DNA of 60,155 bases, the filler included, from Piptocephalis cylindrospora (Eukaryota), in assembly GCA_003614145.1 (NCBI GenBank). It is 7 parts of 7 records of this genome, joined end to end, with 100 filler letters (N's around TTAATTAATTAA, not from the genome) between each part and the next. Parts side by side here need not be neighbours in the genome. Positions count along the whole stretch, not along the records: positions 1 to 8,550 come from KZ988140.1; positions 8,651 to 17,190 come from KZ988141.1; 5 more parts are not named here. One strand, given 5' to 3'. The position numbers and the translations under genes are program-made. Below, piece after piece: positions 1 to 10,378 of the stretch (the stretch's first letter is position 1; each line of letters starts with the position of its first letter). The notes beneath the pieces are model-generated. The model had not been told where the DNA came from. It was given only the letters and a program-made list of their open reading frames with translations, and ran no database searches.

Positions 1-659
1 TTGGGATTGAAACATGTCGTGTTGCTGGAGGAAAAGGGGGGGGGGAGGGGGTGAGGGTCCGAGCTGAGACTGGTCTCCTTCCAACATGACATCGGGTGCC
101 TAGAACTTGCAATGACTATTGGAACAAGGGAAGGGGATATGTTTTGATGGGACACGAAGCATTCGCATCCCCGACTGGATTGATCTGACACATAGATCAA
201 GGGTAAAATATGTCTTTTGTCAATGAACTTCCGTACGAATGGACAGGGTAGAAACGTGGCAGGAAGCAAGAAAGAGTACATCAAACCGGATGAGCCCCAT
301 GAATGTATGTCACTTTTTGTCCTGGGTGAAACAGACTCAATGGGATTGATCTGGTATGGGAGGGATATTCAGTAGATTGATACTCGAGATGATGACACAG
401 ACCAATCGTCTTTCCTAACATTGATGAGTATCCGTTCTTTCTGACACAGACCATCCCCTATGCAGTCCATCAATACACAACATGGCCGCCTTGGCACTTT
501 AGCAAGATGGGGACGCAAGAGACGACTTGCATGGTCCTTCCCCCAGAATCAGAGGGATGCCTTTCACCCCCTCATGAGGGACTCCGACCCACATGACATG
601 CATGTCCATGTCCTCCTTCAGGGGATGATGTGATGGGAAGAGGATGGAGCCATGTCTAT

Positions 660-1210
660 AGGCTGCATCCCGGGGACAAAGGGTGGTTTTTTAGGGTCTC
701 TGAAGGGAAAGGGCATGAAGCATGGGAGCATGAACGCTGAAACCATTGGGTCAGGACACACACCCTCCAGGCGAGGCCAAGATGATATTGTTTATTGACA
801 AGAGCCTCTGACCATCCGGGTGTGTGAGGGTGGGGCGGGATAGGTGGGTAGAGAGAGGAAGAGAGAGAGAGAGAGCGAAAGAGAGAGCGAGGGAGAGATG
901 AGAGGGGGGAGTAGATGCTCACTTACTGATTCTTTATTCTCAAGGATAGAGGCAATGAGGATGGGGGAGATCATGTGTCATGCCGATCCCTAAAAAAGGT
1001 CCTTTCCTCCTGGGCTTTATGGCAAATGATGTGTGTATGTAGGTGTGAGTGTGTGAAGGATGAAGCCCTGTGTCCATACATGTATTGGGTTCACATGAGG
1101 AGCTGCATGTGTAGGATAGCGTGGTGTGTAGCAAGAAAATGTATGCGCTCATCAAAGGAGAGCCTGGATGAAATGATGCCATCAAGTCCCATCACCTCAT
1201 GGTTGTAAAG
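660..1210 (-). CDS. possible multi-exon hypothetical gene (fragmentary)
   Basis: Consensus GTAAGT donor at ~926 and CAG acceptor at ~808 on the minus strand join short open frames (..ASILENKES/RLLSINNIILASPG..). No recognisable domain and no complete model could be built. Confidence 0.2.
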
Positions 1211-1268
1211 AGACAAGAATGATCCATATTTTCTATTCTACCCATCCAACCACAACAATAACATCCCC

Positions 1269-2990
1269 TTAAGGTACATGGCGCTGATTAGCCCTGGATT
1301 CCCTGGCAAGGGCCTCAACACATCTTAAGAGATTGGGCAAAGTTTTTCGAATGTCCACAACGGCCATCCCCTGGGATCTCAAGAGCTTAGAGGGAAAATG
1401 GTGATGAGGAAAAGAGGCTGGTGTCTCTCTACCTACACACCCCCACATCAAGTTCATCCCTTCGTCGTGGCACCTGTCTTACCAATTCAACGTCCTTGTT
1501 CAGCAAGAGCACAGCATAATCAAACCTTCCCTTATCTTGTCCCATGCCGCTTAAAGGGAAGAATCTAGAGAGGAACGTAGAGCATATTGAATGAGATTAC
1601 ATCCCCACACCCTCCTCTCTCTTTCCCCCTTCATCTTACCTCTCAGTCGTTGCATCTTCAGGGATCAATGGGTCCTCCACAACGGACTGGGAGGATCGAA
1701 GGTACAGGGGAAATCTCAGGGGAACGTCCAAGAAGAGGCTCATTAAGCGAATGAGGTGAGCAGTGAATCCCAAGGCTGTTCCAATCTTTTCTTGCTCATA
1801 TCCTTGAGATGGGTCTGGGTCAGCCGATGGGCTCTAGAGGGGCAAGTGAGACGGAAAAACCTACCAGAGTACTGGGAATTGGGAAGGCATTGGCCGCGAA
1901 TGGTGTATATGGTTTGGATGGTGGGGGCCTAAAGGGAAGGCGATCAGTACGGGAAAAGAGATCAAGATCCTCCTCCTTCCCCCCACCCCAAAGAATAGAT
2001 ATGCTCTAACCTACCCGTTCAATAGGGTAGATATCGGCAAGTCGGGAGGTAAGGTGGAGACGATGATGTCGTATATGTCGTTGCAGGGCCAAGACATCCT
2101 GTCTATGTTGTTGTTAGCAAGGGGCTCAGTCGGTCCTATCCTATCCCTTCTCTCTAGATGGGTCATTTACCTCTTTCCTTCCACTTCCCGAGCCATCCCC
2201 TCGAGGTGTTCTCGTTTCTCCATGAATAACTCGCTTCCATGGTCCATGTACAACCGACGTAATCTAGTCTTTTCCACCAGCTCATCTACTTTCCTTTGGC
2301 CTACGAGTGATGTAAGGGTGAGAAGAGGGGATCGTGTACCCATCCCAATGAAATATCCAGCTCTACCTACCAAGCTCGATTTGCATGGTACAGCGACCAA
2401 ATCTCTCGCGTAATGATCGTAATCTCTCCTGCAAGGTCGGTGCGACATACTGTAGGGTGGACGGAAGTGAGAGGATGATTCCTTTATTTCCCTTCAGGCT
2501 ACGTAGGACATTCCTTACCTGAACTACCATGGAAGAGCTAGAAGGGCTGGTTGTCCTTTCTATCCTTTCCGCCCACTGGTCCACTTGATCTTGCATGGCC
2601 TGGACCTTGCTCGCCATATCTCTTAATCTATCCTCTCAGTGATCGAGGTAAGGATCATGCCACACCAGTCTTCTCGTTAACCCACTCTTCAAATACCCTA
2701 CCGGTCCAATTGTCCTTTATCCAAGGACACTTTGGCTCTTCTAGAATCAATCCCTCCCTGACCCTCCCATCCCCCTTTCCATGGTATAGGCTTTGAGGGT
2801 AAGATGGCATCTAAAGGTTCATTGGCACTGAGGGATCGAGTGAACGGCTATGAGTAGGGATCTTGTTCTTTGGAGTGAGACCCATCATAGTAGAGTCCAT
2901 CCTCCCCCCCTCCCCCCCCTTCCCTTTCCCCCAACGCCTACCCCAAGGACCGTGGCATGTGGGATGATGGTACAGTTAAAGCTGGAGAGG
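1269..2990 (-). CDS. VPS38: UVRAG/Vps38-like subunit of class III PI3K complex II (multi-exon; 5' end uncertain)
   Basis: Manual splicing over GT-AG introns gives a coiled coil, then LTSRLADIYPIER / YTIRGQCLPNS / IGTALGFTAHLIRLMSLFLDVPLRFPL / FFPLSG..RFDYAVLLLNKDVEL / LLRSQGMAVVDIRKTLPNL. These match the UVRAG BARA2 motifs (IYPI, LPNS, ALGYTAHL, PLRYP, LLNKNI, TLPNL). Stop TAA at 1269-1271. Confidence 0.85.
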
Positions 2991-3341
2991 AGGTAAAGCC
3001 AGGAAGAGCTCAAGTATCAGAAAGGGAAACAAATGACACAGTAGCAGCAGGGTGAGGTAGGGAAGCAAGACTTTGTTCCTTCTGGTATTGACTGGTTCAT
3101 CCAACCGTCTCCTGCTCACTCCACCCTTTCCCATACACACAGGCGTCGGACATCACTTGAATGACGGGGTTCCTCAGTCGCACACCATCTCGTTCTTAAG
3201 GAAGACTGACAGAACAGGAACGCTCAGTACGATACAATACAGTACAGTACAGTGGTGTCGCGTCCTCTTCAAGACGAGACTACCCCCGGCCACTCTTATC
3301 CCTTTTGTATCTCTTCTTCTACTCCTCTCCCTCAGTAATCC

Positions 3342-4420
3342 ATGTGGAAGGCAAAGGCATTGACAAAAGCTCAAAGGGAAAAGGTGGCTCAAATCACCCA
3401 AATTCTTGGTGTGGGGTAAGCACGAGGGGGAAGATGTGGCGGTTGTCTTGTTGACAGAACCTCATCCATCCATCCATCCGGCCCATCCAAAGTGACTCCA
3501 TGGCTCAGGATATGCTGAAAGCCTCGGCTTGGTCCGTAACCAGGACGGTGAATGCTCATCTCAGCGAGGGCTTTGACACCAAGGCCGCCTCTGCTGTTTT
3601 CGATCAGTTCAAGGGTACCTGGTTCTTGTTTACAATGACCCCTCCTTCAAACTCATCCTCTCACACTGTCCGATAGATCCGGAAGAGGATGCTATTTTGG
3701 CAGAGGGGCTGGAAAGGTACTGTGAGGCCTTGGATGTGGATCCGTCGGATGGAGTCATGCTCCTAGTGGCCATTCGTCTTGGATCCCCCTCCATGTGTGT
3801 TTTTCCTCGACAGGGCTTTCTCCAGGGATGGGCCCAGTATGCCGCACCGACCTTGCAGGATCAAGCCAAGGCTGTTCGTCGCATGAGTAAGGAAATGGAA
3901 GACCCTGCAGTCTTTCGTCAAGTCTACACCTTTGCCTTTACCTACGGCCTTTCCCCTGGTCAACGATCCTTGCGTATGTACTCTGGGGGAGGGGTTAGGT
4001 TCGATGGTGCTAGCCTTGTTAGTCATTGACCCTACCCCTACTTGGCCATATAGCATTGGAATCGGCAGTGGCTTATTGGGAAATCCTCCTTACGGGAACC
4101 TTTCCACTCCTGGATGCATGGATCCAATTTGTTCAGACCCATCACAAACGTGCCATTTCCAAGGATACGTGGAATTTGGTACGTGCTAAGTGCGTCATGA
4201 TTCTTCTTCTTACTCATGTCACTGTCCTCCCCATAGCTCCTGGAATTTGCCTTGACCGTCGGAGACAAATTGGACGACTATGACCCGAATGCCGCTTGGC
4301 CTGTACTGATTGATGAGGTGAGCATCTAAAACGGAATGGGATGGGATGGTCTCTTTGACTTATTATACCCTACTACAGTTTGTGGAAAATTACCGCCAAG
4401 AGCAAGAGCAGCAAGCATAA
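3342..4420 (+). CDS. DCN1: DCN1-like NEDD8 E3 co-factor (UBA-like + PONY/cullin-binding domain), 6 exons
   Basis: ATG 3342 MWKAKALTKAQREKVAQI; first intron 3416-3492; spliced product contains GLERYCEALDVDP, FRQVYTFAFTYGLSPGQRSL, AISKDTWNLLLEF and AWPVLIDEFVE; TAA ends at 4420. Confidence 0.92.
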
Positions 4421-4539
4421 GGGTGGTGATGTTTGTTGTATGGGCAGAGAGCAAATCAGTCTTATAAGGAAAAGAAAGCTATAACCATGAAAACGAGTAT
4501 CTTTACTCCCTGTCACTCCTTTCTCTTATCCCCCTCGTC

Positions 4540-5598
4540 TCATCCCCGACGGATCTTGAGGGAAAAATCAACATGAGGGACACTTTGACTCAAGCTTCCC
4601 AGACTCACCACATCCACATCTACTCATGAGGATATACCGGGGAGGAATAATCGTTGGTTATGAGGAGGATGATGATTAAGTACTCGTCATTAATAATAGA
4701 TCCTGACTCTAAGTCTTACCTGGGGACAAATACTCGGACAGAGTGGCCTCGGTAATACCTCCACTGGCTTCAATAAGCACGTGGGCAAGGGGACTGTTGG
4801 CCCACAGGGCCTTGAGCTTGGCCGAGGCCGCTTGGAATCCCTTTCCTGTGTAATTATCCAACATAACTACATCCGCACCAGCCTCTGCAGCCTCCTGGGC
4901 CTCCTCTTCACTTCTGGCCTCGACCTCGACTTTAACCGAGAAGCCTGCCACCTCCCTGGCGGCCCTAACGGCCTCCGTGATGGATCCTGTGTGACAAAGG
5001 GAGATGATGTTATGTTACTTGATGTGTCTCTCCCCAACCGCTTGAAATCGTAGATCTTACCATGGGACCAGATGTGATTGTCCTTCAGCATGACCATGCT
5101 CGAGAGGTCCATACGATGACCATCACATCCCCCCACCAGCATCCCATACTTTTCGACCAGACGGAACCCCGGAGTCGTCTTCCGTGTCCCTGCGATCCGC
5201 CCCTTCCATCCTACTTCTTGAGCAATGGTTCGTAGACGATGGGCCCTGGCTGCAATACCACTGCAGCGTGCCAGGACATTCAGGGCCACTCGTTCTCCCA
5301 GGAGGATCCGACATGCTGGCCCACGAACTTCGGCCACCTCCGTCACTTGACTCCCCTGGCCTACCTCTTGCCCCTCTTGAAAATTCCAGGTGATGGAGCA
5401 ACCAAGTTGTCGAAACACCTCGTTGACCCAAGGAACTCCAGCCAGGATCCCTGGAGACTTTGCCAGAAGAACAGCCTTCCTTTCACTGTCTCCTACCACC
5501 TGACCTCCATAGTCAAACGAGGGAATGTCCTCCGCAAGCCAATCGGTAACTTGGCGGCTGAGGGTGCTTGGAGGGATGAGGCTTTGGTAGGAAGGCAT
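4540..5598 (-). CDS. BNA6: nicotinate-nucleotide pyrophosphorylase (quinolinate phosphoribosyltransferase), 3 exons
   Basis: Motifs [68 protein letters not shown] and VDFSLKI; introns at ~4987-5060 and ~4620-4719; TGA at 4540-4542. Confidence 0.96.
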
Positions 5599-5726
5599 CT
5601 TGCTTGGGAGGAGAGGAGAGAGACCGAGAGTCGGAAGGGAAGATGCCGTGGGAAGCTGGGTGTGTGGAGGAAAGGGCTGTTGTGTATAGTGCTATTTTAT
5701 AGTAAAGCCGTACACGTTGTGTGACA

Positions 5727-5759
5727 GCACACGCACACACACACACGCACACACACACA
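5727..5759. repeat. (CA)n-type microsatellite, interrupted
   Basis: gcacacgcacacacacacacgcacacacacaca upstream of BNA6. Confidence 0.8.
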
Positions 5760-5927
5760 TCTTATCTCACTCATTCACTCTGTGTGTTGCAAACAACCGG
5801 CATGGGCTGGAAACAAAATGCTAGATACAAGGAAAGAAAAAGAATTCCTTACTCATCCTCCTAAACAATAGGATATACTGAATCGAAAAAAAGAGCAATA
5901 GGACTGATTACAGTCCGCCTCAAAGAT

Positions 5928-7694
5928 CTAAAATTGAAACTTAAAGTTCCCACCCCCAGCCCCAAAGGGAAAGCCGCCGCCACCGCCGCCGCCACCACCT
6001 CCACCCTGGAAGAAGAAGCGCATGGGGTCCCCATCGCCACCAAAGGGATGCCCACCATGGCCGCTAAAGCCCGATGCCCCACCCGTGGGGTCATTGGGAT
6101 CCTGGCCGGCGTCAAACATTTCACGTTGCTTCTCGTCACTGAGAACGGCGTAAGCTTCGTTGATCGAAGCCATCTTCTTCTCGACTTCCTCCTTGCTCAG
6201 ATCTCCCCGGTACTTGTCGGGATGCCATTGCTGAGCAAGCTTCCGGAAGGCCTTTTTGATCTCGCGGGGAGAGGCATCTCGGGATACACCGAGAACCTTA
6301 TAGTAGTCCTTGCGACTTGAAGCACGGATAAGACGGGCGACGCGATTCAACCGTTCCTGAACCCGACGGTCCTGGGATCCACCCGGGGCCTGGGAAGCCT
6401 TTTTGAAGGAAGATTCAGCCTCCTCGACATTTTCCTTGAGGAGATGGGCATCACCCTGGTAGATAAGGGCGTCAAGGTCCTCGGGGAAGGAATCCAGAGT
6501 GATGGCACACCACTTGAGAGTCTTTTCCGGAAGCTTGAGGTTAGCATAGGCCGTGCAGATGGTAGAAGCCAGGGTGCCTTCGAGACGACGAGGGATCTTG
6601 GGATCGGAGGAAAAGGAATTTTGGATACCTAGATCCTGGATAAGGGAGTTGGTGGCGTCTTGAACCTGGGAGTAGAGCCCTTCCTCGGGCTTCCCGGCGG
6701 GTCCGACCAGCTTCCGGGTAACTTGAGCCCAACGTTTGGAGGAGGCGTCGGCCTCAGCAGCCTTGAGGTCCTTATCAATACGCTTGATGCGACGGAAGAG
6801 GGCTTTGCACTCTTTGTGCTCAGGATCCGAGTGCAGGCACTGCTTGACACGGGCCAGGGCCAGGCCCGGGGAGTATTGAAGATAAAGGGAGAGGGAAGCG
6901 GCAGAAAGCTGGTAAGAGATGGTGGAGGGATCGAGGGAGGCGGCACGAGAAAAGTCACCGACGGCAGAATCCACATCACCGAGGGCCAGGTGGGCGCGGG
7001 CACGCATGGCCCTTGGGGCGGCCGATTCCGAGGCGGTCTTCTGAGCCAGGGTCAGGGCCTCGATGGCGCGGGCCCACTGAGCCTCTTCAATGGCTTTGCG
7101 ACCTCGACGCATGGCTTCCTCAGCCTCGGTGAGTTCCTCAAGGAATACAGACTCCTCCTGAGCCAAGGATCCGGAGGAGTGATCTTGGAAGAGGGTAATA
7201 TCCTCCCGGGACTTTTCCCACGCCCCGTTTCTCGCATGGACCTTGGCACGTTGGAGGTAGGCCTTGGTAAAGGAGGGTTCCAAGGAAATGACTTGATTGA
7301 GATCCTCCAAGGCGGATCTCCCCAGGGCCAGACGAGCAATGGCACGCTTGTAAAGGGCAGGGACATGGGTTGGGTCCAGGCTGATGACTTCATTGTACAG
7401 GGCCAGGGCGCCAGAGACGTCAGCAGAAGCAAGGTGATTGTCGGCCTCTTTGAGGAGAGATTGCTTTGTTTGCTCGTCTGATTGAGACTGATCCTCCTCA
7501 GTGGACTGACCCTCCTCTGAAAGCGGATCGCTCTCCTTATTTGAAGAGACCTCGGGTAGAGGCGCTTCATCAACTTCCTTATCGGAGGGAGAGTCTTCTT
7601 GGAGAAGTATGTCCTGATCAGGAGCCTCGGCCCTAATCTCATGAGCCACCAGAAGGGCCGAGAGTAGGAGAGGGAGAAGAAGTCGGGTTTTCAT
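5928..7694 (-). CDS. ER TPR-repeat DnaJ co-chaperone (DNAJC3/P58IPK/Dnj1 family), single exon
   Basis: Signal peptide [17 protein letters not shown]; multiple TPRs; [11 protein letters not shown] motif; C-terminal J domain [25 protein letters not shown]-rich tail. Confidence 0.93.
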   Translation of the reverse strand: MKTRLLLPLLLSALLVAHEIRAEAPDQDILLQEDSPSDKEVDEAPLPEVSSNKESDPLSEEGQSTEEDQSQSDEQTKQSLLKEADNHLASADVSGALALYNEVISLDPTHVPALYKRAIARLALGRSALEDLNQVISLEPSFTKAYLQRAKVHARNGAWEKSREDITLFQDHSSGSLAQEESVFLEELTEAEEAMRRGRKAIEEAQWARAIEALTLAQKTASESAAPRAMRARAHLALGDVDSAVGDFSRAASLDPSTISYQLSAASLSLYLQYSPGLALARVKQCLHSDPEHKECKALFRRIKRIDKDLKAAEADASSKRWAQVTRKLVGPAGKPEEGLYSQVQDATNSLIQDLGIQNSFSSDPKIPRRLEGTLASTICTAYANLKLPEKTLKWCAITLDSFPEDLDALIYQGDAHLLKENVEEAESSFKKASQAPGGSQDRRVQERLNRVARLIRASSRKDYYKVLGVSRDASPREIKKAFRKLAQQWHPDKYRGDLSKEEVEKKMASINEAYAVLSDEKQREMFDAGQDPNDPTGGASGFSGHGGHPFGGDGDPMRFFFQGGGGGGGGGGGFPFGAGGGNFKFQF

Positions 7695-8489
7695 GGGTTT
7701 GGAGAGGAAGGAACGGAAAGAGTGAAAATCAAGATGGGTGGGGGGGACGGGTGGAAGAACGGGGAAGATGAGAGAAGGAGAAATCAGGTAGGCTGGGAAG
7801 AGAAAGAGAAAGAGAGACAGGAGTGTGTCGGAGGAGCGTGTCGGATGATAGAGGCTTTACTGGAAGCAGCTAGCTAGGGAGGGAGGAACGAGCTGAGTTT
7901 GAGACGGGAGTGTGTGTTTCCAGTCGTGCTGACACTGTCTGTGCTGTGAAGATAAGTAGGATGGTGTGGTGGTTAATGATATGAGTGGTGGCTTATCCCT
8001 TTCTGCAAGCCTAATCTGAGCGAGTTTTTATTTCCAATTTGACCAAATTTCATCGTCCAGTCGGAACAGGCATTTAGGCATGAAGGATTATAAGTTTATT
8101 GTTCCCGCTCTCTTGCTCCCTGGTTCCCCATTTCCACTCCCACTCCCACACTTCCCCCAGGGAGAGGAACGCACACTATGCAGTCAAAGATGAAAACTAT
8201 ACTCTAATTCGCCCATTTCACATTATCCTGTGTTCCTTTTCGCTCCCACACAGCCATCCAAGTGAGGGAGGGTCTCCGTCTCATCACATCCCCCAGCTGA
8301 GGTTAATGATACTACGCTTCGTATCTCCCGGCTCTTTTAGGCCATGAACTCGAAAACTTACTGTCCATTGGCCCATGCACCACATCATTTCACCTGTCAT
8401 AGTGGGACCCGCTTTTATCAAAAGACACATCACCCGGTTTCCTCCCCCAACATCGTCCATGAATTTCTATAGTGGAGATCCACCTCTTC

Positions 8490-8497
8490 TATAAAAG
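8490..8497 (+). promoter_or_regulatory. putative TATA box of a gene cut off by the contig end
   Basis: TATAAAAG followed by a pyrimidine-rich tract, as upstream of other genes in this window; the contig ends at 8550. Confidence 0.35.
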
Positions 8498-8550
8498 CTC
8501 CGATATTCCATGCCCTTTTCCTTCCCCTTTCTATTCTCCCTTTACTTTCC

Positions 8551-8650
8551 NNNNNNNNNNNNNNNNNNNNNNNNNNNNNNNNNNNNNNNNNNNNTTAATT
8601 AATTAANNNNNNNNNNNNNNNNNNNNNNNNNNNNNNNNNNNNNNNNNNNN
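8551..8650. other. artificial contig-joining spacer (N44-TTAATTAATTAA-N44)
   Basis: Exactly 100 bp with a six-frame stop cassette; identical spacers recur elsewhere. Confidence 0.98.
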
Positions 8651-8734
8651 CGCCCTTCCCCCTTCCCTCCCCCCCCCCCCTCCCCCCCCCCCCCCCTCCC
8701 TCGCCCTCCCTCTCATCCATTCACCCCATCCAAC

Positions 8735-10048
8735 ATGGCCGACCTATCCGACCTATCCCCGGTCTTCTTGGAACTCGTTGCCGAGCTGGCCGAGACCGTC
8801 CGACCCGACATGCCCGACGACATCTACCAGCATTGCGCCAATTTCTTCAACTCCAAACTCGAGACCCAACGCCTCGAACTCGTCGCCATCGCCAAAGGTC
8901 TCCAGGCCGCTGGTCCCACTGCAGCCGGCGAGCTCGCCGATGTCTCTGCTTCCGAGTCTGACTCGGAACGCTTCCCTAACCGTATCCCCGAGGAGGAGGA
9001 CGATGATATGGATGAGGACATCTATCATAATTACCATGAACACGAAGCTGATTCTGATTCCGACGATGAAGAGGAGGAGGACGAGGACGGCTCCTTCTCC
9101 CCCAAAGCTTCCTCCTCCTCTGTCCCCGCAGGTGGGCTGACCGTGGCCAATGGCAATGCCCGTGGCCGTCGTGTCTCGGTCTCGGCCGAATCCATGGCCC
9201 CATCAGCGGATGATGAATTTGTCAAGATTGACATCCCCAAGAGCAACGATCAGCGTGCCCGCATCCACTCGGCCATCTCCAAGAACTTCCTCTTCCGTAG
9301 TCTGGATGATGAACAAGCCAAGGACGTTGTCGACGCCATGGCCGAGAAGCCCGTCCACGCCGGGGAGGTAGTCATCCAACAGGGCGGTGTCGGAGACTAC
9401 TTTTACATCGTGGAGACGGGAGCCTTGGACGTCTACGTCTCCAAGGCCGGTCCTGCTGATCGTGGCGTCAAGGTGACGGATTACGTTGCCGGTGGCTCCT
9501 TTGGCGAGCTGGCCCTCATGTACAATGCTCCCCGGGCTGCTACCATCGTCGCCACCGCCGACTCGGTTCTTTGGGCCCTAGACCGCGTCACCTTCCGCCG
9601 CATCCTCATGGAACGCACCTCCCGGAAGCGTCGCATGTACGAAAATTTCCTTGAGGAAGTGCCTCTTCTCATCTCCCTTGAGCCTTATGAGCGTCACAAG
9701 ATCGCCGATGCTCTTGAATCCATTGTCTTCCAGGATGGTGAGGAGGTCGTCATTCAAGGTGGGGAGGGTGATCGTTTCTACATGATCGAATCCGGCAGGG
9801 CCAATGTCTCCCAGACCGACCCCTCCGGCCAGGTCCATCACCTTATCGGTCTCTCCAAGGGTGATTACTTTGGCGAACTGGCCCTCCTCAACGATCAGCC
9901 CCGTGCTGCCACCGTCACCGCCCAAGGTCGCCTCAAGGTTGCTGCCCTCGGCAAGAAGGCCTTTGTCCGGCTCCTTGGTCCCGTCGTTGAAATCATCAAG
10001 CGGAATGCCACTAATTACCAAAAGGTCTCGAGCCTAGTCAAGGCCTAA
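8735..10048 (+). CDS. BCY1: cAMP-dependent protein kinase regulatory subunit, single exon
   Basis: N-terminal D/D-like helix (PDDIYQHCANFF), inhibitory site RGRRVSVSAES, two cNMP-binding domains with FGELALMYNAPRAAT and FGELALLNDQPRAAT. Confidence 0.97.
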   Translation: MADLSDLSPVFLELVAELAETVRPDMPDDIYQHCANFFNSKLETQRLELVAIAKGLQAAGPTAAGELADVSASESDSERFPNRIPEEEDDDMDEDIYHNYHEHEADSDSDDEEEEDEDGSFSPKASSSSVPAGGLTVANGNARGRRVSVSAESMAPSADDEFVKIDIPKSNDQRARIHSAISKNFLFRSLDDEQAKDVVDAMAEKPVHAGEVVIQQGGVGDYFYIVETGALDVYVSKAGPADRGVKVTDYVAGGSFGELALMYNAPRAATIVATADSVLWALDRVTFRRILMERTSRKRRMYENFLEEVPLLISLEPYERHKIADALESIVFQDGEEVVIQGGEGDRFYMIESGRANVSQTDPSGQVHHLIGLSKGDYFGELALLNDQPRAATVTAQGRLKVAALGKKAFVRLLGPVVEIIKRNATNYQKVSSLVKA

Positions 10049-10378
10049 GTTCCACATCCTTCTCCTTAGGTCATCGAGTCTTGATAGTGATGTAAAGGAG
10101 GGGAAGGGTACCTTTTGTTCTTCTTTGGTTGTCCTGTGATCTCTCTTTTTCTCTCTCCCTATGACCTTATTTCTCCCCTTCGTTATCCCCCCCCCAACCC
10201 ACTTTTTTTTTCTAAAACCACACCTCAATTCCTTTCTCCGTCTGTCCAACCTGAATGTGTTGTATGTGTATACGACTCCACTGCCCCTTCACTTCGGATA
10301 CCCAGTCACCGCCATAGCCTCTCACTACACATAATATTCATTCCAATACAGTCGGTTGAAAAAGAAAGTTCTACTCGA

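Noticed and set aside
6660..7481. 273-aa antisense ORF and similar shadow ORFs over PKA-R, 7TM-RGS, TYS1, pirin and the secreted gene
   Set aside because: Expected by-products of GC-rich codon usage on the opposite strand of real genes; no domains recognised.
8595..8606. TTAATTAATTAA palindrome recurring every ~8.6 kb as a biological repeat or integration site
   Set aside because: Always embedded in identical N padding; it is a six-frame-stop contig linker.
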